Shown: piece after piece, positions 35,352 to 46,061 of the stretch
Layout: each line of letters opens with the position of its first letter
Numbering within the stretch: the first letter of the stretch is position 1
Origin: an uncultured Gammaproteobacteria bacterium
Lineage (GTDB): Bacteria > Pseudomonadota > Gammaproteobacteria > UBA9214
NCBI GenBank assembly: GCA_963773065.1
Contig: CAVYZN010000002.1
Coordinates: forward strand, 32,001-96,000
Length of the DNA stretch: 64,000 nucleotides
Reading direction: 5' to 3'
Made by a program: the position numbers and the translations under genes
The notes under the pieces: model-generated
Seen by the model: only the letters and a program-made list of their open reading frames with translations
Databases searched by the model: none
Told to the model about the DNA's origin: nothing

Positions 35352-36317
35352 TCAGGCCTGGCGGTCGGTGAACACGCCATAGGCCATGAGGTGGCGGTAA
35401 CGGGCCTCGATCAGCTCCTGCGGCGCGATCTCCCGCAGATGGCCCAGTTCCTCGAGCAGGGCCTGCTTGATGCTCGCGGCCGTGGCATCGATATCACGGT
35501 GGGCGCCGCCGAGCGGTTCCTCGATGATCCGGTCGATCAGGCCGAGTTCCATCAGGCGTTTGGAGGTGATGCCGAGGGCCTCGGCGGCATCCTCCGCGTT
35601 GTCCGCACTTTTCCAGAGTATCGAGGCGCAGCCTTCGGGTGAGATGACCGAATAGGTGCTGTATTGCAGCATCATCACCCGGTCGCCGACGCCAATCGCC
35701 AGGGCGCCGCCCGAACCCCCTTCACCGATTACCGTACAGATGATTGGGGTGCGCAAGTCCGACATCACGAACAGATTTCTCGCGATCGCCTCGCTCTGCC
35801 CGCGCTCCTCGGCGCCGATGCCCGGATAGGCGCCCGGCGTATCGATGAAGGTCAGCAGCGGCAGGCCGAAGCGTTCCGCCATCTTCATCAGACGCAGCGC
35901 CTTGCGGTAACCCTCGGGGCGCGGCATGCCGAAATTGCGGTGCAGTTTCTCCTTGGTATCGCGCCCTTTCTGCTGGCCGATGATCATCACCGGCAAGCCG
36001 TCCAGACGCGCGACGCCGCCGATGATGGCTTGGTCATCGGCATAACAGCGGTCGCCGTGCAATTCCTGGAAGTCGGTGAACATCCGCACGACATAATCCA
36101 GGGTATAGGGGCGCTGGGGGTGGCGGGACAGTTGCGAAATCTGCCAAGCCGACAGGCTGGAAAAGATGGACTGGGTCAGCGCCCTGCTTTTCGCCTCCAG
36201 CTTGGACACTTCGTCATTGATGTTCACCTCCGCATCGTCGCCGACGTAGCGCAACTCATCAATTTTTGCTTCCAGTTCGGCGATGGGCTGCTCGAATTCC
36301 AGAAAATTCAGGTCCAT
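35352..36317 (-). CDS. accA: Acetyl-CoA carboxylase carboxyltransferase alpha
   Basis: [24 protein letters not shown]. Confidence 0.98.
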   Translation of the reverse strand: MDLNFLEFEQPIAELEAKIDELRYVGDDAEVNINDEVSKLEAKSRALTQSIFSSLSAWQISQLSRHPQRPYTLDYVVRMFTDFQELHGDRCYADDQAIIGGVARLDGLPVMIIGQQKGRDTKEKLHRNFGMPRPEGYRKALRLMKMAERFGLPLLTFIDTPGAYPGIGAEERGQSEAIARNLFVMSDLRTPIICTVIGEGGSGGALAIGVGDRVMMLQYSTYSVISPEGCASILWKSADNAEDAAEALGITSKRLMELGLIDRIIEEPLGGAHRDIDATAASIKQALLEELGHLREIAPQELIEARYRHLMAYGVFTDRQA

Positions 36318-36390
36318 GTCGTCATCCGGTGGTTTACGGGAATGGCGTTTAAGGTACCGTTAACACCCCGTCGAGACAAGCCATGACCCA

Positions 36391-39300
36391 TCAGGTGTAC
36401 TCGACCGCCACGCGTTCATGCCCGGCCAGTTCCTGCAGGCGGTGCAGCAGTTCGTCGGTCGGGTGTACCGTCCATTCATCTCCCAGCGCAATGCGCGCCT
36501 GCGCACGGCCGCCGAGATAATCGATGCAGACCCGGCACTGTCCCTCGCGGAAGGGCTGCAGGATAGCCGCCAGTGTACTGATGAAGCCGTTGCCCGCCTG
36601 ATGCGCCTCGACGCCGACCACGAGCCGCCGCGCGAACTGCTCGCGTGCCTGGTTGACATCATAGATGGCCTGCGCCGTGACTTGGTTGCCGCCGGAGTAA
36701 TCATCCACGCCCAGTGTACCCTGTATCACCAGGACCTTGTCCTTGCCGAGCAGGGCCTGGTGTTTGTCGTAGACCTCGGGAAAGATACGGACATCGATCT
36801 GCGCGCTATGGTCATCCAGGGTCAGAAACGCGATGTTGCCGCCGCGTTGGGTCTTGCGGACGCGCAACGTCATGACCAGCCCGGCAATGATGACCGGCCG
36901 CTCCCGGCCCTCAGCCCGCCCCGGCGCGGCCATGGGATTATCCGCGGCAAAGTTGGCCAAGCTGGCGAGCGTATTGCTGGTGATGCAGCCAAGTTCATGC
37001 TGATAACGGATGATGGGATGCCCGGTCAGATAAAGCCCCAGTGTCTCCTTTTCACCCAGCAGTTTCTGCTCCTCGTCCCATTCCGGCACGACCGGCCTCA
37101 CCGGCGGCGGGCAGCCAAGCTCGGTCGCTTCACCGAACAGGTCGTCCTGTCCGGTATCCTGGTTGCGGGCATGCTGTTCAGCCAACTTCATCGCCAGCGG
37201 GAGATTCGCCATCTGCGTGGCCCGGTTGCTCCCCATCGGGTCGAGCGCACCGCCGCGAATCAGGGACTCGAACACCCGCCGGTTGACCTTGTGCAGGTCG
37301 ATGCGCCGGCAAAGATCGTAGAGATCGGAAAACACGCCGTTCTCGCCGCGTTCGCGCAGCATCCCCTCGATCGCGGACTTCCCCACGCCCTTGATCGCGC
37401 CCAGTCCGTAGACGATGGTATCCCCGGCGCGGGCGGTGAAATAATAATCCGAGGCATTCACGTCCGGCGGAATGACCTTCAGTTTCATGTCCCGGCATTC
37501 CGCGATCAGCCGCACGATCTTGTCCGTGTTGTCCATGTCCGCGGAGAGCACCGCGGCCATGAAGGCCGCCGGGTAATGCGCCTTCAGCCAGGCCGTCTGG
37601 TAGGAAATCAGGGCATAGGCGGCGGAGTGGCTCTTGTTGAAACCGTAGCCGGCGAACTTCTCCATCAGATCGAAAATACCGGTGGCGACCGAGGCGTTCA
37701 CGCCCCGCTGCAGCGCACCCTCCTGGAAGATGGCGCGCTGCTTGGCCATTTCTTCCGGTTTCTTCTTGCCCATCGCCCGGCGCAGCAGGTCCGCCCCGCC
37801 GAGCGAGTACCCCGCGAGCACCTGGGCGATTTGCATCACCTGCTCCTGGTAGAGGATGATCCCGTAGGTCGGTTTGAGTATCGGTTCCAGGTCGGGGTGT
37901 GGATAACTGACCCTCGCGCCATGCTTGCGCTTGATGAAGTCGTCCACCATCCCGGACTGCAGCGGCCCGGGACGGAACAGGGCGACCAGCGCCACGATGT
38001 CCTCGAAATTGTCCGGTTGCAGGCGGCGGATCAGGTCCTTCATGCCGGAAGACTCGAGCTGGAATACCGCGGTAGTCGCGCAGGCTTTCAACAGGGCAAA
38101 GGTCGTCTCGTCCGTCAATGCAATGCTGCCGATATCGACCGCCGGTTCGCCATCGGCCGCGCATCGGGCATTGATGGCATGCAGGGCGCGGTCGATGATC
38201 GTCAGGGTGCGCAGGCCGAGAAAGTCGAACTTGACCAGCCCCACCGCCTCCACGTCGTCCTTGTCGAACTGGCTGACGAGCGCCTCGCCGCCCTGCTCGC
38301 AGTAGAGCGGCGTGAAGTCCGTCAGCCTCGAAGGGGCGATAACCACGCCGCCGGCATGTTTGCCCGCGTTGCGCGCCAGGCCCTCGAGTGACCTGGCCAG
38401 GTCGATCACGGTTCTGACGTCATCATCGCCTTCATACAGGTCACGCAGCGCGGCCTCCTGCTCCAGCGCCTTGTCGAGGGTGATGCCGATCTCGAAGGGA
38501 ATCAGCTTGGCGATACGATCGACGAAACCATACGGGTGTCCCAGCACCCGGCCGACATCGCGCACCACCGCCTTGGCGGCCATCGAGCCGTAGGTGATGA
38601 TCTGGGACACGCGATCCCGGCCGTAGCGCTCGGCGACGTAATCGATGACGCGGTCGCGCCCGTCCATGCAGAAGTCCACGTCGAAGTCCGGCATCGAGAC
38701 CCGTTCCGGATTCAGAAAACGCTCGAACAGCAGGTCGTATTTGATCGGATCGAGATCGGTGATGGCAAGCGCATAGGCAACCAGGGAACCGGCGCCCGAT
38801 CCGCGTCCGGGCCCGACGGGGATGCCGTTATCCTTCGCCCAGGTGATGAAGTCGGCAACGATCAGGAAATAACCCGGAAAGCCCATTTCGATGATGACGT
38901 TGATCTCGGTATCGAGGCGTTCCAGGTATTTGCGCCGCCGTGTCTCGAGGTCCGGCGTATCCGGGGACAGGATTTTTTTCAGGCGCAGATCCAGTCCCGC
39001 ACGCGCCTGCCGGCGAAAGTAGTCGTCCAGCGTCAGGCCTGCCGGAACGGGAAAATCCGGGAGATAATTCTTGCCCAGATTAAGTTCCAGGTTGCAGCGT
39101 TTGGCGATTTCGACCGTGTTCGCAAGCGCCTCGGGCAGATCGCGGAACAGTTCCGCCATTTCCCCGGGTGTGCGCAGATACTGCTGATCGCTGAATTGGC
39201 GGGAGCGGCGGGGGTCGTTCAGGGTACGCCCCTCGTTGATGCAGACGCGCGCCTCATGCGCCTCGAAATCGGCCGACCTCAGAAAGTGCACGTCGTTGGT

Positions 39301-39891
39301 GGCGACCACCGGTACATCGGCGGCGGCGGCCAACGTGACGGCCTGGTGCAGGTACTCCTCCTCTCCCGGGCGTCCGGTGCGCTGCAATTCCAGGTAGAAG
39401 CTGTCCGGGAAGAGCCTGCGCCAGCCATTCAGCAACGTGCGCGCCTGTTCGGTTTTCCTGGCAAGCAAGGCCTGGCCGATATCACCCGAGCGTCCCCCCG
39501 AAAGTGCGATAAGACCTTCCGTGTTGCCTTCCAGCCAGGATTTGTCGAGCAGCGGGATTCCACGCTGCTGGCCCTCGGTGTAGGTGCGAGACACCAGTCG
39601 GGTGAGACTCAGAAAACCCTCATTGTGCCTGCAGAGCAGGACGACCCGTGTAGGTTGCCCGTTGCCGGATTCTTCCGCGACCCAGAGATCCACGCCAATA
39701 ACCGGCTTGACGCCGGCTTTCATGGCGGCACGGTAGAACTTGACCATAGCAAACAGGTTGCTCTGGTCGGTAACCGCGATGGCGGGCATCGCCATCTCGG
39801 CCGCCGCCTCGACCAGTGGCTGAATACGGACGGTTCCGTTCGCCAGCGAATACTCGGTGTGAACGTGAAGGTGTACGTAGGCGGGAGGCAT
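36391..39891 (-). CDS. dnaE: DNA polymerase III alpha subunit
   Basis: HLHVHTEYS, GPGRGSGAGS, MPDFDVDF, GFNKSHS. Confidence 0.98.
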   Translation of the reverse strand: MPPAYVHLHVHTEYSLANGTVRIQPLVEAAAEMAMPAIAVTDQSNLFAMVKFYRAAMKAGVKPVIGVDLWVAEESGNGQPTRVVLLCRHNEGFLSLTRLVSRTYTEGQQRGIPLLDKSWLEGNTEGLIALSGGRSGDIGQALLARKTEQARTLLNGWRRLFPDSFYLELQRTGRPGEEEYLHQAVTLAAAADVPVVATNDVHFLRSADFEAHEARVCINEGRTLNDPRRSRQFSDQQYLRTPGEMAELFRDLPEALANTVEIAKRCNLELNLGKNYLPDFPVPAGLTLDDYFRRQARAGLDLRLKKILSPDTPDLETRRRKYLERLDTEINVIIEMGFPGYFLIVADFITWAKDNGIPVGPGRGSGAGSLVAYALAITDLDPIKYDLLFERFLNPERVSMPDFDVDFCMDGRDRVIDYVAERYGRDRVSQIITYGSMAAKAVVRDVGRVLGHPYGFVDRIAKLIPFEIGITLDKALEQEAALRDLYEGDDDVRTVIDLARSLEGLARNAGKHAGGVVIAPSRLTDFTPLYCEQGGEALVSQFDKDDVEAVGLVKFDFLGLRTLTIIDRALHAINARCAADGEPAVDIGSIALTDETTFALLKACATTAVFQLESSGMKDLIRRLQPDNFEDIVALVALFRPGPLQSGMVDDFIKRKHGARVSYPHPDLEPILKPTYGIILYQEQVMQIAQVLAGYSLGGADLLRRAMGKKKPEEMAKQRAIFQEGALQRGVNASVATGIFDLMEKFAGYGFNKSHSAAYALISYQTAWLKAHYPAAFMAAVLSADMDNTDKIVRLIAECRDMKLKVIPPDVNASDYYFTARAGDTIVYGLGAIKGVGKSAIEGMLRERGENGVFSDLYDLCRRIDLHKVNRRVFESLIRGGALDPMGSNRATQMANLPLAMKLAEQHARNQDTGQDDLFGEATELGCPPPVRPVVPEWDEEQKLLGEKETLGLYLTGHPIIRYQHELGCITSNTLASLANFAADNPMAAPGRAEGRERPVIIAGLVMTLRVRKTQRGGNIAFLTLDDHSAQIDVRIFPEVYDKHQALLGKDKVLVIQGTLGVDDYSGGNQVTAQAIYDVNQAREQFARRLVVGVEAHQAGNGFISTLAAILQPFREGQCRVCIDYLGGRAQARIALGDEWTVHPTDELLHRLQELAGHERVAVEYT

Positions 39892-40199
39892 TAAATAAGG
39901 TTTCCGGGTCTCGGGGCTATTTTCAAGCGCCAGATCAATCCAATGACATTTCTATGAATGTTTTTTATCTATATGTTACATATGGATATTTATTTTCCGG
40001 TCGCGTCATCATCCTGGGCGGATCCAAGGCCGGCAACTATAGCATAGGACACGCCGCCACTCCCCTCGCGCCACCAGAGTGTCCCTCAAGACCATCGAAT
40101 CCCTATTGATGACTCAATCCCGCTGGCTGACGGTCGATAGAAAGACGTTCGATAAGAAACTAACCAACCGGCAAATTAACGCTAACCATCGAATCACTC

Positions 40200-41333
40200 A
40201 TGAAAACGAAAATTCCAAATCGAATCACGTCAATCTTCGAAGAGGGGCAGTTGCGGGGTTTCTTCCACAGCATGGCGGAGCTGCAGTGGCTGCTGCTTAT
40301 ACTGGTCATATTGTATTTCTGCATCCCAACACGCCCCATCGATGATCCCGATGCCTTGATCGTGGTCATGGTGTCCTTCGCCGGGTTCGAGTTGCTGTTC
40401 CGATATCTCAAGGTTCATGCCCGCGGGATACGCTGGAAACTTGCCATCGAAACCTTGGGCATGATCGGCTTCATCACGTTTACCTTGTGGTGTACGGGGA
40501 TGATCGAAAGCCCACTGCTCAACCTCTACCTGCTGGTCATCATCGCCTGCGCCATTACCCTGGGCAAGGTGGCGACCTTGCTGGAGGTCATGTTGATCGC
40601 CTCCTGTTATCTCCACATGGGATACGCGAGCCACGGTACGGATATCTTCACTCCCGAAACATTCACTACCCTGATGGCAAATTTTTCGCCGTTCCTGCTG
40701 GTGGCCTATGTCACTTCCATGCTGGCCGAGGATGTCCATCATGCCAAGCGGGAAATCACCGTGCAGTCGCAGACGGACGAGTTGACCGGCCTGTTGAACA
40801 TGCGTGCCTTCGCCATAATCCTGGACAAGGAGATCGCAACTGCCGGGCGCTACCTCCACCCCGTCACGCTCATCATGATTGACGTGGACAAACTCAAGCA
40901 CATCAACGACCAATTTGGCCATGGCGCGGGAAGCCGGCTGCTCAAGACGGTTGCCGGATCGATCAATGACTGCGTCCGCGCCTCCGATGTACTGGCACGC
41001 TATGGCGGCGATGAATTCGTCGTGCTGATGCCGCACACGGGCAGCAAGGCGGCGCGTTTCGCCGCCGAACGCATCCGCGAGGCCATCCATACCTCCTTTA
41101 TCGAGGTGAACGGGGAGCGCATTGCCGCCACCGCAAGCCTCGGCATCGCCAGTTACCCCGAAGGTGTCGATGACGTCCGTGATATCCTGGAAAAGGCGGA
41201 CGTCGCGCTTTACAAAAGCAAGCAATCGGGCCGCAACCGGGTCACTTATTACCGGAAGGATTTCGATGTGGTACGGCATCTGCCGGAACCAAATCCGGCG
41301 GTCATTCCACATCCTTCGGCAGCAGTTTCCTGA
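40200..41333 (+). CDS. Membrane-anchored diguanylate cyclase
   Basis: About 5-6 TM helices, TDELTGL, RASD I-site, YGGDEF. Confidence 0.92.
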   Translation: MKTKIPNRITSIFEEGQLRGFFHSMAELQWLLLILVILYFCIPTRPIDDPDALIVVMVSFAGFELLFRYLKVHARGIRWKLAIETLGMIGFITFTLWCTGMIESPLLNLYLLVIIACAITLGKVATLLEVMLIASCYLHMGYASHGTDIFTPETFTTLMANFSPFLLVAYVTSMLAEDVHHAKREITVQSQTDELTGLLNMRAFAIILDKEIATAGRYLHPVTLIMIDVDKLKHINDQFGHGAGSRLLKTVAGSINDCVRASDVLARYGGDEFVVLMPHTGSKAARFAAERIREAIHTSFIEVNGERIAATASLGIASYPEGVDDVRDILEKADVALYKSKQSGRNRVTYYRKDFDVVRHLPEPNPAVIPHPSAAVS

Positions 41334-41904
41334 CCGGCGCATAGCTGCGACGGTGCAGTGGGGTGACCCCCAGTCTTTGCAGGGCCTGCAGGTGCTGTTC
41401 ACTCGGGTATCCCTTGTGCCGGGCTAGACCATAGCCGGGATAGAGCCGGTCCATTTCCTGCATCTCGCGATCACGGGTGACCTTGGCGATGATCGAGGCG
41501 GCGCTGATCGCAGCGATCCTGCTGTCGCCCCTGACGATGGCCTGCACGGGACAATTCAGGCGGGGACACTGATTACCGTCGACGAGCACATAGTCCGCGG
41601 CGGGTGTCAGCATTTCAACGGCACGGCGCATGGCGAGCAGCGTCGCCTGGAGTATGTTCAGCCGGTCGATTTCATCGACCTCGGAACGACCCACGGCCCA
41701 GGCAATCGCCTTTTGCGTGATTTCCAGGTAAAGGGCCTCGCGACGTGACGGCGTGAGCTGTTTTGAATCCTTCAGCCCGATCACGGGATTTCCCGGATCG
41801 AGAATGACCGCCGCGGCGATAACCGGTCCCGCCAGGGGCCCGCGACCCGCCTCGTCCACCCCGGCAACATGCCCGCAGGGGATATAAGGCAGGTCAATAG
41901 CCAT
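41302..41904 (-). CDS. rnhB: Ribonuclease HII
   Basis: [25 protein letters not shown]. Confidence 0.96.
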   Translation of the reverse strand: MAIDLPYIPCGHVAGVDEAGRGPLAGPVIAAAVILDPGNPVIGLKDSKQLTPSRREALYLEITQKAIAWAVGRSEVDEIDRLNILQATLLAMRRAVEMLTPAADYVLVDGNQCPRLNCPVQAIVRGDSRIAAISAASIIAKVTRDREMQEMDRLYPGYGLARHKGYPSEQHLQALQRLGVTPLHRRSYAPVRKLLPKDVE

Positions 41905-43058
41905 CACGCCCCACCATGGCAAGCACAACATCGGCGGCAGATCGGTTAGCGTCCCGCCGCAATTCGGCATGTATGCCCGAGAAATACCGCCTCCAGCTCT
42001 CGCGTCACTCGGGGATTGTTGATCAGCCGCATGATCTCCGCGCCGATTTTTTCGCCCGTCAGTCCCTGCTGGATGATTTCCCGCACAAGCGGCCGTCCGG
42101 CCAGCAGGTTGGGCAGGGAATACTGGCGCGTCTTTACCAGGAGCCTTGCAATCCGGTAGGTCAGCGGCGACATCCGGTAGGCGACCACCATGGGGCGTTT
42201 GAGCAGCATGCACTCGAGAGCCGCCGTGCCGCAGGCGAGCAACACGGCATCCGCCGCGGCCATCGCCTCGAGTGACCTGCCGTTGAGCAGGGTGACAGGC
42301 AGCGGCTCACGGAGACGGTGCAGTTCCTTCTCGAACACTACACGGCATTCCCTGTTTGCCAATGCCACGACAAACCGCATGTCCGGCCTGAGTTTCCAGC
42401 ACCATAGCGCGGTCTGGATGAAAGGCCCGGCGAGCCGCCGGACTTCATCGCGCCGACTGCCCGGCAGCATGGCGACGAGCGGCGCCTCCAGCGGAAAGCC
42501 GAGATGATGGCGCGCCGCCGCGGGATTGATCTCATCCACTAACTGGTCCGCCAGCGGATGGCCCACATAGCGAACCTGCAGAGGCTGTTCCCGGTAAAAC
42601 TGCTCTTCAAACGGGAACAATGTCAGCAGACAATCGCAGCTTTGCGCTATCTTGCGCACCCGGTACCGGCGCCAGGCCCAGACCGCCGGACTGACATAAT
42701 GCAAGGTCCTTATGCCGGCCTGCCTGAGGCTGCGCTCAAGCGCCAGGTTAAAATCCGGCGCGTCGATCCCGATGAAGATATCCGGGGGCGTCCTGAGAAA
42801 GTACGCACGCAGATCGCGTCTCATGGCAAGCAGGGACGGCAGGCGCCTCACCACTTCGGTGATACCCATGACCGAAAGCCTCTCCATGGGGTAGAGACTG
42901 TAACAGCCGGCGTCAGACATGCGCCGCCCGCCGATGCCCTCGAATACCGCATTCGGGACCTGCTCACGAATGGCATTGATCAGGCCCGCGCCCAAGGCAT
43001 CGCCCGAGGCCTCACCGGCTACGATACCGACATGAAGGGGATGGGTCTTGTCAGACAC
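41894..43058 (-). CDS. lpxB: Lipid-A-disaccharide synthase (frameshift near 41985)
   Basis: [18 protein letters not shown]; corrected end [17 protein letters not shown]. Confidence 0.94.
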
Positions 43059-43155
43059 GCCCGCCTCGGGAAGCGCAAAGAACGCGGTTGACGCGGTATT
43101 TACACCGGGTTTCGCTCAGGCGAGCGTCCGGGAACCGGGAGGATGGGGACATGCG

Positions 43156-43926
43156 CTACCTTACGATGCCGCGTTTTCTGTGTTCGACAAATGCCGCCAG
43201 CACGGCAACCGCCGCATCCTGCCCGGACTGCTCATGCAGCCGTTCGAGCGCCTCCTGCAAGGAGAGGTTGGACCGGTAGAGCGTCCGGTAGGCCTGCCGT
43301 AACGCCTTGCGGGTTGCATCGGAGTAACCATGGCGGCGCAGGCCTTCAATGTTCAAACCCGAGGTACGGGCAGGGTTCCCGGTTACCGTCACAAAGGGCG
43401 GCACATCCTTGTTGATGACGCTGCCGAAGGCGCAGAACGCATGCGCGCCGATGGCGCAGAACTGGTGCACGAGCGTAAAGCCGCCGAGGATCGCGCAGTC
43501 ATCGACGCTGACATGACCGGCCAGGGACGCGCCGTTGGCGAAAACGGTCTGGTTCCCCACCTGGCAATCATGCGCAATGTGCGCATAAGCCATGATCCAG
43601 TTGTCATCGCCCAGGCGAGTCACGCCCTCGTGCTGCAAGGTGCCGCGATTGATCGTGACGTATTCGCGAATCACATTCCGGTCGCCCATCTCGAGCCGTG
43701 TCGGTTCTCCCGAATACTTCTTATCCTGTGGCGCATCCCCGATCGAGGCGAACTGGTGGATCTTGTTATCCCGGCCGATGCGCGTCGGACCATTGATCAC
43801 GACATGCGGGCCGATCCAGGTTCCGGAGCCGATGACGACATCGGAACCGATCACCGAAAACGGTCCGACACTGACATCCCCGGCAAGCTCGGCAGCGCGG
43901 TCGACGACCGCCCGTTGGTCTATCAA
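43156..43926 (-). CDS. lpxA: UDP-GlcNAc acyltransferase
   Basis: Hexapeptide repeats, PQDKKY, HIAHDC, VHQFC. Confidence 0.96.
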   Translation of the reverse strand: MIDQRAVVDRAAELAGDVSVGPFSVIGSDVVIGSGTWIGPHVVINGPTRIGRDNKIHQFASIGDAPQDKKYSGEPTRLEMGDRNVIREYVTINRGTLQHEGVTRLGDDNWIMAYAHIAHDCQVGNQTVFANGASLAGHVSVDDCAILGGFTLVHQFCAIGAHAFCAFGSVINKDVPPFVTVTGNPARTSGLNIEGLRRHGYSDATRKALRQAYRTLYRSNLSLQEALERLHEQSGQDAAVAVLAAFVEHRKRGIVR

Positions 43927-44363
43927 GTGTTGATATCTCTCTCGGTGCACATAATTTGCGCCGAGGCGGCAATCCGGCCTTCCACCCGGGCATCACAGTC
44001 GAACATCCAGATACCGCGCTTTGCCTTGAGCAGCCGGGCCGTGAGCAGCAGTTGGTCGCCGGGTTCCACGGGGCGTTTGAAACGGACCTTGTCCATGCCG
44101 ACCAGATAGTAGAGTGTGTCCCGGTTCGCCGTATTTTCCAGCGTGCGGAATGCCAGCAGGCCGGTCGCCTGCGCCATGGCCTCCAGGATCAGCACCCCCG
44201 GCATGACCGGCCGCTGCGGAAAGTGCCCCTGAAAAAACGGTTCGTTATAGGTGACATTCTTGATGCCGGTGAGCGATTCGCCCTTGTTGAATTCAAGCAC
44301 CCGGTCGATCAGCAGAAAGGGATAGCGGTGCGGCAGATGCCTGAGTATGTCATTTATGTCCAT
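43923..44363 (-). CDS. fabZ: 3-hydroxyacyl-ACP dehydratase
   Basis: [29 protein letters not shown]. Confidence 0.97.
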   Translation of the reverse strand: MDINDILRHLPHRYPFLLIDRVLEFNKGESLTGIKNVTYNEPFFQGHFPQRPVMPGVLILEAMAQATGLLAFRTLENTANRDTLYYLVGMDKVRFKRPVEPGDQLLLTARLLKAKRGIWMFDCDARVEGRIAASAQIMCTERDINT

Positions 44364-44442
44364 GGGTATAGGGTGTCATCCTGTGATGAGTAATCGTTGG
44401 CTCCAGGCAGGCATCACCATGTCTGCGGGAGATCCTCCGCCG

Positions 44443-45471
44443 TTAATCAGTTGCCGACGGGGCAAGCTGCTGCTCGATCTTCCGCATCTTCCTTGCCAGT
44501 CTATCCAGGCGTCTGAAACGGGCAATATTCCTGTTCCAGGCCGCATTCTCTTGCGCGGGCACGCCGGAGGAGTATACGCCGGGACGCGTGATCGATTTCG
44601 TCACCAGTGTCATGGCGGTGATGACGACATGATCGCTGATCTCCAGATGGCCAAGGATGCCGGCCCCGCCCCCGATGCTGCAGTGGCCGCCGATGCTTGC
44701 GCTGCCCGCGATTCCGACGCAGGCGGCGATCGCCGTATGCGCGCCTATCAATACATTGTGTGCAACCTGGACTTGGTTATCGAGCTTCACGCCGTCCTCG
44801 ATAATCGTGTCATCCAAAGCACCCCGGTCTATGGTCGAGCCGGCGCCGATTTCAACATCATTGCCGATGCAGACTCCGCCGAGCTGCGGCACCTTCAGCC
44901 AGCGGCCATGCTCATGCGCCAGGCCGAAACCGTCACTGCCGATCACCACGCCGGGGTGCAGCACGACCCGCTCCCCGATCCTGACACCGTGGCAGACGAC
45001 CACGTTGGCGTGAAGGACGCAGTCGGCGCCGATGCGACTGTCCCGCCCTACGTGACACCCGCCGTAGAGCTGCGCACCGGCGGCGAGCGCGGCCCCGTCC
45101 TCGATGACGCAATGCGGGCCCACCCAGGCGGACGGCGCGATTTCGCACCCCGCACCGATGACCGCACTCGGGTGCACGCCTCGTCGCAAGGTCGGAGGTG
45201 ATGACAAAAGCGCCGCGGCCCGGGCGTACGCGGCGTAGGGATTTGCGACGGTGATCGTCGCCGTCGGGCATGCGGGCGCAAACGCGGCGTCGAGTATGAC
45301 GGCAGACGCCCGCGTGGCAGGCAGATATTTCCTGTAGACCCTGTTCGCCAGAAAGCTGATGGCGCCAGGCCCCGCCTGCCGGAGGCTCGCGACCGAGGTG
45401 ATCACACAAGCGGGGTCACCGTGCAACTCGCCTCCCAGCCTGCGCGCCAGTTCCCCCAGAGCAAGGCCCAT
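44443..45471 (-). CDS. lpxD: UDP-3-O-acylglucosamine N-acyltransferase
   Basis: [27 protein letters not shown]. Confidence 0.96.
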   Translation of the reverse strand: MGLALGELARRLGGELHGDPACVITSVASLRQAGPGAISFLANRVYRKYLPATRASAVILDAAFAPACPTATITVANPYAAYARAAALLSSPPTLRRGVHPSAVIGAGCEIAPSAWVGPHCVIEDGAALAAGAQLYGGCHVGRDSRIGADCVLHANVVVCHGVRIGERVVLHPGVVIGSDGFGLAHEHGRWLKVPQLGGVCIGNDVEIGAGSTIDRGALDDTIIEDGVKLDNQVQVAHNVLIGAHTAIAACVGIAGSASIGGHCSIGGGAGILGHLEISDHVVITAMTLVTKSITRPGVYSSGVPAQENAAWNRNIARFRRLDRLARKMRKIEQQLAPSATD

Positions 45472-45509
45472 CCAGGTGCTTCCCTATATGCCGAGAGGGT
45501 TTACCGGGA

Positions 45510-46061
45510 TCACTGTTTGAGTTTCTTCAGCACGCTCTCGGTGACATCGACCTTGTCGCTCGAGTAGGCCACCCCCCCGGACAGTATCAGGTCGAAGTTC
45601 TGTTCCTTGGCGAAGGCGATGACCGCATCGAGAATGTCCTTCTGCAGTTTCGAGAGCACCTCGTTGCGTCTGATGTTGAGATCATCGCGGAATTCCTCCT
45701 GAGTGCGTTTCAGGTCACGGCGCTTGGCGAGCACATCACGCTCCAGTTTGGAACTCTCGGACTCGCTCATGACACTGCCCTCGCGGGACTGGCGGTCTTC
45801 CAGTGCGCGTATCTCCTGCTGCAGTTTGGTGAGTTCCTTCTCTCTGGGCGCAAATTCCGATTCAATCTTGGCTTGCGCGGCTTTTACCTGCGGCGCGGCT
45901 TCCATCAGCTTCGCCGTGTCCACGAAGCCGATCTTCGTCTCCGCCAGGGCGCCGCCGGCGTACATGAAAAATGTGGCGGCGAATGCCGTCATTAGTCGTG
46001 CTGGTCTGTATCTGTTCAAGATAGTTCTCCAATGTTGCCTGTTTGCCTGTTTGCTTGTCAC
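45510..46061 (-). CDS. skp: Periplasmic chaperone Skp/OmpH (true start probably somewhat downstream)
   Basis: KIGFVD, long coiled coil, position between bamA and lpxD. Confidence 0.9.
   Translation of the reverse strand: MTSKQANRQHWRTILNRYRPARLMTAFAATFFMYAGGALAETKIGFVDTAKLMEAAPQVKAAQAKIESEFAPREKELTKLQQEIRALEDRQSREGSVMSESESSKLERDVLAKRRDLKRTQEEFRDDLNIRRNEVLSKLQKDILDAVIAFAKEQNFDLILSGGVAYSSDKVDVTESVLKKLKQ

Noticed and set aside
36391-39891. Intein in DnaE
   Set aside because: Normal length (1166 aa) and no splice-junction motifs
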